DNA of 63,243 bases, counting the filler, from Dugesia japonica (lineage: Eukaryota), in assembly GCA_001938525.1 (NCBI GenBank). It is 6 parts of 6 records of this genome, joined end to end, with 100 filler letters (N's around TTAATTAATTAA, not from the genome) between each part and the next. Parts side by side here need not be neighbours in the genome. Positions count along the whole stretch, not along the records: positions 52,497 to 63,243 come from MQRL01579748.1; 5 more parts are not named here. The stretch is one strand, 5' to 3'. The notes below the pieces were generated by a model that ran no database searches, was not told the origin of the DNA, and worked only from the letters and a program-made list of their open reading frames with translations. This document shows positions 52,781 through 63,243 of this stretch, one piece after another. The translations under genes and the position numbers were made by a program. Position 1 is the stretch's first letter, and every line of letters starts with the position of its first letter.

Positions 52781-52900
52781 TACTAGTTATATTACTAGTT
52801 ATATTACTAGTTATATTACTAGTTATATTACTAGTTATATTACTAGTTATATTACTAGTTATATTACTAGTTATATTACTAGTTATATTACTAGTTATAT
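52781..52900. repeat. Perfect minisatellite (TACTAGTTATAT)10
   Basis: Ten exact 12-bp units read directly. Confidence 0.95.
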
Positions 52901-54397
52901 TTAGTTACTAATATATACTGAAATTAACTTCTACTAGGAATTAATTTGTTTTTATCATTCTAATAGTTAATTATATTGTTTTAAAATACGCTTTAAGAAT
53001 AAGAATAATTTTCTTTAATACTAGAAGTTATTATTAATATTTAAAATTTACCTGGTGTTAAAATTCTAAGATTTTAGTATAAAAGACTTCCGACAAAAAG
53101 TTTAATTTATAAAGAATGCCGCTGTGGAAAAAAAATAGGAAATGCTGGTCTAGTAATTAGATCTGGTCCGTTCTGGAAATTAAAAATCTTGTCATATCCT
53201 GTAACTCTCTCTCTCTCTCTCTCTATAACTATTGTTCTGATCGTGTGAACACTGATTTGATATCAATCTAAGACAAACATTTGCATTAAGGTATAGTCGT
53301 TATTACTTAAATTCAATTTGAATTGAGAAGTAAATTACCGAAAGAAAATTATTCCAATTTCTCTATGAATTGACGAATTCATTTAATATCAGAAAAGTTT
53401 AACGATGAAAATAATAAAATAGTTTTAAGTGTAATATGCAGTATAAAGGCTATAAAATCATGATTATTTTGCAGCTACTTCAATCAAAACTTGTCTAATT
53501 CCCTGATTTATGAAATTGATGCATTTTAATTCAATAAAATTCAGATTACAATCATTTTTCTTTGTAAAATTATGTGTGTAACTTTAAAGAAAATATCTGA
53601 AACTAAGAATGACGAAGAAAATTATAAATAATATAAGGCTATAAATTTTTTAAATTCATCCATGATTATTAAGGAAGAAAAGTTTTAATTTGTAAATTAC
53701 TATACAAATAAAAGTAAAATTATTTTATAAATTTTTAGTTTTTTGATGCATTAAATGGATGTGACATAAAATTAAGTGACTAAATTGATCGCATTTTACC
53801 TGAAACGTTGTCGTGAAAATTGAACAATATAATGAAAGAATTCAAAACAATGAGTCAGTGGAAAAAATTTCTTCTACGGAATTTGATGCAAATTTTGAAT
53901 TTAAAATGAATGATAGTTTAAACAAAAGAATGAAGAATGCATTGTTGTGAAGGACAATGCAGCAGTTAAACACGAAAATATATACATATCTTGTAGTTTA
54001 ATAGATCAATTACATAAAAGTTTGGAAGATCCTTTACAACATATAAAATTTGGTTTGAATAGATCAACCTAAAAAAGTATAACATGTAACCCAGCAGACA
54101 TTGCATTTTGGTAAAAGGAAAAAAAGAAAGTTTCATCCATGAAATACCATCTTGTGAAGATTCATTGATATTTATTAAATTGTTGAACGGCATTTGTTGC
54201 GAAGGAAAAATATTATTAATAAGGCTAAATTGATTGTTACAATAATGATAAAAGAATTTATAGATATTTTAAAATTGGTATGTTGGTAAAATTAGGCGTA
54301 AAAATGACATATAAATTTAAGAATTCCGGAGAGAAAGAGATACATAGAAAAGCTAAAGCCATTTAAAATCAATGGGGTGTGAGATGATTATACTTCC

Positions 54398-55913
54398 TCC
54401 CGTGTTCGGAGAGGAATGAACAGGACTTTGTAGTTAGCTTATTTGAGTCATTATAAGCAAAAAATGTCTTATAAACATGGGTTCAATTATCAAACATTTA
54501 CAAGATATTGATGATCAAAGGAAGACAAAAACAAACATTGTATTTATAAGTATAAACATTGTATTTACAACATAAAAGAATTTACAACTGTTCAATGTGA
54601 CCTCCTTCAACTTTCTCACAAAGTTCCAAAGCAATTAAACAGCTCCTTCTGCCAATTGTTGTTTTCAATGTTTGATTTCAATGTTTCAAACGCTGCAAAA
54701 ATCCTCTCGGTCAATTTCTCTTTATTTTCTGGTTTTCCAATTTCATAAGCTTTGAATGTTATGTGGCCCCATATGAAGAAGTCTACTGGATTAAGATCTG
54801 GTAATCTTGGCGATCACTCAACAGGTTCATTTATTCTAAACCAACGTCTTTGAAAGGGCACATCCAAACGGTTTTTCACTACCTTAGCTTGATGGGATGA
54901 ATATTCATCTTGCACGAACCACATTTTTCTTCTTATAATAAGTGGAACATTTTTGAGTAATAGTGAAAGTTTTAATTTATGAAATTGTTTGTAAATATTG
55001 CCGTTTAAATAACCACAAAAGACGTGAGGCCCAATTATAAATTGTCCGATCAGTCCTGCCCATACGTTTACTGAGAACCTATTTTGAAAATGAGTTTTTC
55101 TTATCGCATGTGGATTTTTTGTTGCCCATACATGTTATTATGAGAATTTTTGATTCCCTCCTTTGTGAATGTAGCCTCATTGCAGCATAGAATAGTTAAA
55201 ATCAATTGAGACTGCTGATTTAACCATTTGCTAAATTCTACTCTTTTTTCAAAATCACCTGTTGAAATTTAAAATGATATGGATAAAAGTTTTGCTCACG
55301 TAAATCTGCCAAACGGTTGTTTGCTTAAGTTCAGTTTCAGCTGAGATTCTTCGTACGTTTGATTTAGCATCTTTATTTACTTTTTTCAAATGTTATCTTT
55401 GTATAACTCTTTTGCTGCATACCTTAAGGAAACATCCTTTTTCTTTAAGTGACGCTAAGACACGTCAAAATGTTTCACAATCAGGTAACCTTCGGTTAGG
55501 AAATCTTTCGTATCAACTATCAAATATCATATCAACATACTCCTGATTGGAAAATTGAAATGGCATTATATATAATCTATAATATTCAAATGATAATAAA
55601 ATATTCAAATATTAACATATTTTAATTATTAATCAAAATGTACCTAATTTTAAAATGATGCGACAATAATAACTTTTTATTTGGAATATTAAAACAAGCA
55701 CTTGTCTCTTAATAGTTTGAATATTAATAAATATTAAATAAATACAACGTTTAATAATTATTAAATAAATATAATTAATAATAAAAATTAATTATTTGAT
55801 CCTCAATATCTTGTAAATGGTTGATAATCAGACACATGTTTATAAGACATTTTTGCTTATAATGACTCAAAAAACTAACTACAAAGTCCTTTGCATTCCT
55901 CCCCGAAACCCTG
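54398..55913 (-). mobile_element. Tc1/mariner-superfamily element with TIRs of about 120 bp; transposase pseudogene 54582-55566
   Basis: GGACTTTGTAGTTAG..GAGTCATTATAAGCAAAAA.TGTCTTATAAACATG is inverted at the two ends; the right end is CCCTG followed by TA. Motifs FSNQEYVDM, NVWAGL, FVQD, PDLNPVDFFIWGH, GGHIEQL*. Confidence 0.9.
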
Positions 55914-57610
55914 TATAATTATCCTGCATTTCTAGTTTGAATAGAGGATGCTTGATTGTATGTGTGTATGATAAAGTAAGTTGAATAAGTTATTAATTTC
56001 CAAGACCATAGATATGGCAATTAATAATGTCATAATTTTGAGAAATAATTTGTTAGAGCGATTTGAATTTCTTGATAACAACTAATTCATATAAAATTCT
56101 TTTATTAAAAATACAATTGCCATTTACATTTAATAAATTCGGCACTACAAATATAATACTGGAAATGTTTTAACTTCGTTTAATATTATCATCTTTTAAA
56201 CCAAGTTTCNCTAGGGAACTTTTCTTTGACTATTGATTACTTAATTTAAAAATATTTTCAATAATAAGGCAATTAATTAATTTTTATTAGTTATCTTTAT
56301 TACAATCTTGTTATAATTCAAAGTCTGTATGGTTCCATTGATTGACGACTAAAAAGAATTAAGAAACACTACGTTCAGATGAAATTGAGCAAATAATCAT
56401 TTTGTTTGTTTCAAATGATATAGCACGGAATAATTTATAGAAAACTTCAATCTCTGTTTGAGCTTTTATCTTTTCAGTATGTGGTCGACAATAATCGACA
56501 ACGTGGGCATGAGTTATAACTCGAATTAAGAAACTGTATAAACAGAAATCTTGGGGTTGTTTAAAGAAATAATATTAAAAGCTTAAAATAATTTTGAGAG
56601 AGAAAGAATAATTAAAATTATTTCAGTTGTATGTATTTAGTTTATACAAATTAATATTTAAAGTAACATTAAAGTTAGTTTAAAGTTTAAAGTTTTGATA
56701 TAATTATAAGAACTACATAATATCAAGCAGGAGCTTGACTTAAGGTTTCGGTCTGCGAGCCGTAGGTTGCACATGTTTGGAGTAGATATTCAAGTAAATG
56801 AAGACAAAAATTTGCAGACCAATTATTAAAAAACAGTTTAAATTAAACTTATGGATAGCTTTGATATTGCTTTATGTAAAAATGATGTGGACTTAGTATA
56901 TTATAATAAAAATATAAAAATATATAAATAAAATAAACAATAAAATGATAAATAATAAATAAATAAATAATAACTAAACAATAAAATTATGAATAATATA
57001 AAAATACGTTTTGAGTAAGGATATTTCTTGTTGTTTGTCATTAACAATTTGATTTAGCTCATCACTGAGTTTCATAAAAACTTCATGTTCTTCACAAGCA
57101 TGAGAAAAATCTTTTTCTGCCTCTCTAGTAATAATTAATTTTTAATTATTTAAACCAAATTTAGCAAAATAATATCATATTAATATATGATCAATTTAGC
57201 AGTAATAAACGAATAGAAATTCATGAATTATAATTAATGAACATCTCGAGCAAATAGTCAATGAAGTCTTCAAACACTTTCAACAAAAACAACATTTCAA
57301 GATAAAAACCTCATATAACATAGAAACCACTAAGAACAGTCTATATTTTCACACTTTACAGGAAAAAAATGAAAAATTAGTAATTAAAAAAGATAAACCT
57401 AAAATCAATGTAATTTATAATTGTTAGGTAAATCTTCAATTGGTAATTTCATTTTCCAAATCAAAACTAATATTTTTAGACATCATTTATTTCACTACTA
57501 CAACACATGCTTGATAACATAATTATAATTGAATAGAATGGGTTATATCTTAATATTGAATTTGATCACTTTCTATTGACTAAAATTATAAATTAATAAT
57601 TATTTCCTTA

Positions 57611-59330
57611 TATCCACCTTCTTAAGAAACTTCCTAAGTTTTTCCACTTTTCTTTCTAATCGCTGTTCATTTTATCATTGTACCGCATACCATTTCTCGT
57701 AAATTTTCTCAATTATTCGGCAAGGACCATCAAATCTGTCTTGGCTTTTACTTCTTGTTTCTAGTTTGATGAGAACAAAATTGCCCACTTTAAATTCTCT
57801 TTTAGTAGTCACTTCTGAACTTTTTCTTTATTTTTTTCTGAAACGTCTGACTTGTACCAATTTTCTCTGTTAATTTTCTTTCCAAAAACGAGCTCAACCG
57901 GGCTTTTTTCAGTTGTCTTCTGCTTTGCTGCATTCATCGTAAATTCTATTTCAGGTAAAAGATCTGCCCAATCTGTTGTCTTTCTTTTCTGAAGTGTCTC
58001 ATTAATTAAATCTCGAATTGTCCTGAACTGTCTTTCAATTTGTTTGTTTGCATTGTGATGATAGGTACTTGAAAAGCAAAGTTTAATATCTAGCTTCAGT
58101 GCAAACTCTCTCATAGCTCTAGATTCAAAGGCTTTCCTACAATCTAGTCTTATCTTTCTTGGACATCCAAATCTTAATATCCTCTTTTCAAAAACAGCTT
58201 TTCGTATTGTTTGCTCATTTTGTCTAGGCAATGCTAAAAGAATTAGATATTTACTGTACTGGTATATTATTCCAAGAAAATATTTTTCCGCCCACTTGTT
58301 TCTCTCCTTGGCTCACATATATCTGTAAATATAACTTCAAACAAATTGGTAGCTTCTAATTTCTTTGTCTTATCTTTAGTTACTGTTATCACTACTTTGG
58401 TCTTCTGACAAGTTTCACAACTATGAATTATATTCTGTATTTGGCTCCACAAATTCGTTGCAATATATTTGTTACTCATATATTCATACAACTTCTCAAC
58501 TCCTGCATGGCATAATAATTTGTGTATTTCTTATTTATCATTTATTATTTATTTATTATTTATCAATTTTGTCATCCAGAATTTTAATTTTCTTGATTCT
58601 ATCATTTCCGTAAGAAATATTTGATTGATCCTTTTTCCTTTTACAATTGTGTTCAGTACTTTTGTTTAAATCTTCCTTTTTTGGCATCTTCGTGTAACAG
58701 TGGACACTGTACACATACGTCACATCTTGGTTTAGATAGCATATCTGCATTACTATGTTGAATTTTTTTTCGATATTTCAAAACCATGTCTTAACTACTC
58801 AGATAATTAATCAAATCTGGATTTTCATTTTCAAATTTGTACAGCACTCATCTTCACTATCTCCACTATTACCACATCATTTACACCTAACTTTTTGACA
58901 TAACCTTCTAATATGGCCAACCTTTCAACAACCAAAACATTTTGTTTGTTTTTTATCTAGACAATCTCGATTTATATGCCCTGTTTTAGACAACTCCAGC
59001 ACTCTACCACTTTTTTGTTGGACAACTTGGTTTAGTATGACCAACCTTATGACATAAACAACATTCGATATTTTGCTTTTTCTTTGTTTGATCCACATAT
59101 CTATTCACTGTATGATTTAGCGGTTTCTGATAATTTCGACTTGTAACTCTCGTGTAATTTCTAACTGCAAGTATTTTATCTCTATTTTTCTCAACTCGAT
59201 CTATTAACGTCATTTTGTTTTAAATTTCTTCTATATTCTCTCGTTTCCGCAAAGTCACTTCTTCTTCAACTTTTTTTTTATCCGATTTTCTAAATTTCAA
59301 TAATAAAAACGTCGGCCTGAAAAGAATTTC
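57611..59330 (-). mobile_element. Ty3/Gypsy relic: gag knuckles joined to the RNase H end and integrase
   Basis: CCLCHKVGH and CFGC*KVGH knuckles; CETCQKTK; YHHNAN.QIERQFRTIRD; GPCRIIE. Junction at about 58830. Confidence 0.8.
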
Positions 59331-60154
59331 TCCCTTTGAATGGGGAGGGGTTGGCCAAGTCCTGACATGTTATATTTCTAATTGAAGAGTTTTTAAAGTG
59401 ATAGAATTTTTAAAAATACGTAAAAACATTTTATTATGAGATTTTTATCGTGAATCAAAAATTGTTAATTTTATTGGAAATATATATAAATTTGCCTAAT
59501 ATCTTATATTTAGGACGGAATTCTTTTGCATTTTTCTTTTCAAAATCTTTTGTTAAGATTTTTAAAATTAATATTTTCAGGATGCATTAATTTTTTAAGT
59601 AAGTAAACTTGTTTAAATGATAATTTTGTTTATTTATATCTTTGATTTGAATGATTTTTATGGATAAACTTAGTGTTACTGATTTAAATAATCAAGTGAT
59701 AATGAAATACAAACTCACAGGACTTCAAACACTTTTGATAACCTACAACTGTGTATATCTTATGATTTGAATACAAAATCTATTCGTTGATTTTGAATTT
59801 CCATTTGACGATTTAAAACTGTAAGCTCCATACAATTAATTAGACAAAGAACTCCTAAGAAAAGTATATAGAACTTACACCACTATTTATCACAATCCTC
59901 ATTGATAATCATTGATTACGATAAATTAACAGAATAACGCCAGTACTTTGTTTTGTACTGAATTGAATTTAATTTGAAGCAGTTGTTGAACTGAAATTTG
60001 ATTTCTATATGAAATTGATTTGTGTATTTATAAAATTGAATTTCTTTCAATTTAATATTATAAGCCAATATCAAATGACAATGTTTTTGACTGTGAAATT
60101 ATTTTGATTTTTAAATTACTTTGATATATCGAAATTTGCGATTTCATGTTGTAA

Positions 60155-60177
60155 GGTAGCATGGCCGAGCGGTCTAA
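60155..60177 (+). pseudogene. Isolated 5' fragment of tRNA-Leu
   Basis: GGTAGCATGGCCGAGCGGTCTAA matches the eukaryotic tRNA-Leu acceptor 5' strand and D-arm (A box). The rest of the tRNA is absent. Confidence 0.6.
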
Positions 60178-63063
60178 ATTAAGATTTTGCTTTATTATAA
60201 ATGATTATTAAAATTGTATGTTGCATAATTAATATTTGACTGTGAGTTTAGTATGTTGCATAACAAGTCAATGTTTGTTTGCTGATTGATGTATGTTGAT
60301 TGCACAAATCATAATTACATATATTTATTCCTCCTTATCTAGATTTGCATGAATAAATATTATGGTAATTAAACAGAATTTTAACAATAAATATTAAGAA
60401 ACTTAATGAAATTATAGAATTTTTAAGATCGCGTAACTACATAATCAAAAGAAAAATCAACAGATTAAAAGAAAATTTATTTATCAAAATCTGAACCATT
60501 TATTTTAGTATTAATTTCATTTCAATTATCAAAATTATATCAAGAATTAATCTGCGTAATTTCCAACAATCAAAACATATTATTGATTATCTAATTTAAC
60601 AATTTTCATAATTTTTTAATCCAATTAAATAAATTAGTTTTTAATAAATAAATAATTTTTAAATTTAATTAATTAATAATTAAATTTTAAATTAATTAAT
60701 AATTAAATTTTAAATTAATTAAATTTTATATTTTATAAAATCTTACGCTTTATATCTTCGTAGTTTTTCTGCTTCCTTTGAGTATTGGCCCGGTAATTGG
60801 CTAGTAAGAAAAAGTTCACTCTAGGAATTATAATTAATACTGTAACATTTACTTTTACAAATCTTTTAACAAATTTTACTAATTTAAAAAATGATAAATA
60901 AATAATTTTTAATTAAAAAAACAGTAGCAATCTTATCTTATAAAAACTAAATAATGTCATTTAAATATAAATTAATTTATTGAGATATATTTCGATATCA
61001 TTTTTATTATGAAATTAAAACCTCGATTGAAATAACCGCTCAAAATTTAATATCAAAATATTAAAACCTAAAATTTACCAAAATCCTCCTATTAATTTAG
61101 TCGAAAGAGTTGTCTATTTAATAATGCTCGGATTATGAGATCTAATCAATAACGCCTTATATGATAATGTTTACACATACTTACTCAAAATTTTGAAATT
61201 CCAAATATCAAAAATAGTATTCCACTTATTTTAATGCTTCGTAATATTACTATAATCAATTATACAAATATACTATTAAATTGATTGATAGTAGGAATCT
61301 AGTTAATTAGAGTCCAGTGCTAGGACGAATAAACTATCAGAAAGACCGCAATTTGATTTTGCCTAAGGCTTCAAGGACAGGAAATGAACCTGATATTAGT
61401 TTATTATTGATTTCTGTGGAATTTGTAAGAAAAGTAGTGATTCTTATGATTAGGTGAGAATAAAAATGGCTTCAGTGGAATTTCATTGATAGTTAGAGCA
61501 ACTGGATCTGTTCCAACGTGAGGCGGAGTGAGACGTTTAATCATTTTACTCTAGGTTATGATTTACGTGTGTTGAACTCCTATAGAACTCCTTTAGTTTG
61601 TTACCTTTCTTTGGAGTAAAGAATTCAGAAAACAAATGATTAATAAAAACATTAACATTCTTAAACGAAAATATTAATAAAATTTTTTAAATTATCAAAA
61701 ACAATTTTAAAATGAATTCAAAATGTTTTTTTAATTCTCTTTTCTCCAATTTTCTTTGGTTTTATCAANATAATTTCTGCTCGAATAAAATCGAATATTT
61801 TCTGAATTGACAAAGCTGAAAAATTGGTCTTCCTAATAATTTCAGTGAAATTTTTGTTATCAATAAGAAAATTAATTAATAATTAATTCATTTATTGAAA
61901 AATTACCCCACCCATCCAATTGAAAATTTTTATTTAAAGACTTTATTTAAATTTTTTATTTATTTTTTGGAATATAATCAATTATATTGTATATAATTTT
62001 ACTAATTATAGTAGATTAATNNNNNNNNNNNNNNNNNNNNNNNNNNNNNNNNNNNNNNNNNNNNNNNNNNNNNNNNGTTTTCTGGATATCATCGAGAACT
62101 TCGTTTTTTGACTCTTTGGTTTCGTTTTCTTGTTCAAGTGATATTCGAAGATTTTCTGCCAATTTATATCTTTCTCTTTTCAATTTATCGATTTCTATTG
62201 TTAATTCTTGATTCTCCAAAGTTAATGTTTTTGTTCTTCTATGCATTGCCTATAATACAATTCATCTATATCGAATTTGAATTAAAATCAGCCAAACAGT
62301 TTGTTTTACAGTTATTAATAACAAATTCAAAAGGAAAGTACATAAATTTTCTAGTATTCATGAATAATTACACAGCATCAATGAAATTATATGAGATTCT
62401 GACATGAAATAANGATAATCAGAGTATTTTTGTGTGTACGTTTGGTGTTTGATTATGAATTAATTTCAGAATTATCAATATTTTATCTTCAATTTTTAAA
62501 TCTTTCAGATTTTATCTTACTATTTCAAATTGTATCAGAGTTTAAATTTTGAATTTAAAAGTTATTTTCTGATAATTTTGAAAAATTTAAATGAAAATAT
62601 TACGGTGAATTTTATGTAAAATTAACTTATAAATAATTGTGAATTTCATGGGCAAAGGTTATTTTAAAACACTCCTTCAATTAAAATATTAATGAAAATT
62701 AATTTGTTTGAATATTCTGAATATTCATCTTTTTTAATTTTAAAATAAATCAAAACCAATTTGTGATTAAATAAATATGAATGGAAACTTGAGATATTAT
62801 TAACCAAACTAACAGTTAAAATTGATAAATTAATGCAAAATTAAGTTAAGTTTTTATTTTGAATCAATCTTATCAAAATTACTTTAAGAAATTCTTTTTT
62901 TTCAAATCCGAATTCGCAGAATTCTTTATTCAAAGTTTTTTTTACAAAGTTTTGGTTGGAAAATTTTAATTGTTCAAATTTGAATTATAATTTATTTTTG
63001 TTTTACTATTTCAATTTTATTTATTTTTATGGTGTAATTAGATTAAATTTATAATTTAGTGAG

Positions 63064-63243
63064 CAATCCTTGTCACTGGAGATAGTTCCTGGTTATTGTT
63101 CAAGAACATGAAACGAAAGTTTGTATCTGCAGATCAAATACCAAAAGGAATCTCCAAAGATATCCACTGCAAGAAGGCAATGTGGTGCATATGATGGAAC
63201 AGAAGCAGAATGATACACTGGGAGATTATTTCAAACGGAATGT
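63064..63243 (+). pseudogene. Mariner transposase fragment running off the window
   Basis: ILVTGDSSWLLF...HCKKAMWCI*WN...IHWEII. Confidence 0.7.

Noticed and set aside
53700-54390. Possible decayed transposase
   Set aside because: It looks coding-like, but no diagnostic motif could be read in any frame I examined.
56725-56785. GC-richer patch resembling a tRNA or SINE
   Set aside because: I could not fold a cloverleaf or find convincing A and B boxes.
61730-62246. Possible coiled-coil host exon(s) on the minus strand
   Set aside because: Interrupted by Ns, with no recognisable domain or splice structure I can support.

Overview
Very AT-rich eukaryotic (animal-type) DNA made almost entirely of decayed mobile elements. 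It is split into at least six contigs by artificial 100-bp spacers (44 N + TTAATTAATTAA + 44 N), so adjacency across those spacers is not evidence of linkage. The 46-51-bp GT-AG introns, the transposon spectrum and the kb-scale LTRs suggest a planarian-like host, but this is inference only. Main contents: (1) two different endogenous Polinton/Maverick (adintovirus-like) elements. Element A (1-11755) has a Zn-finger/EndoVII-containing protein-primed PolB, a pX-like core protein, penton, adenain protease, a roughly 970-codon fibre-like gene with four tandem novel domains of about 185 aa, a 2-TM protein and the ATPase 3' end. Element B (44157-51130, minus strand) has the major capsid protein, an apparent Zn-finger-PLA2-integrase fusion, ATPase, pX-like and 2-TM genes, and ends in a cluster of AGTAGT-type candidate termini. 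(2) A 4.1-kb solo-LTR-like insertion with a 4-bp TSD that splits a Gypsy pol precisely, plus partial relatives. (3) Several Ty3/Gypsy remnants, three of them lacking RT. (4) Chapaev3-type, mariner and Tc1-like DNA transposon relics. (5) One apparently intact 3-exon host gene encoding a single-pass membrane protein with a duplicated 6-Cys domain. All family assignments come from motif recognition by eye; no searches were run.
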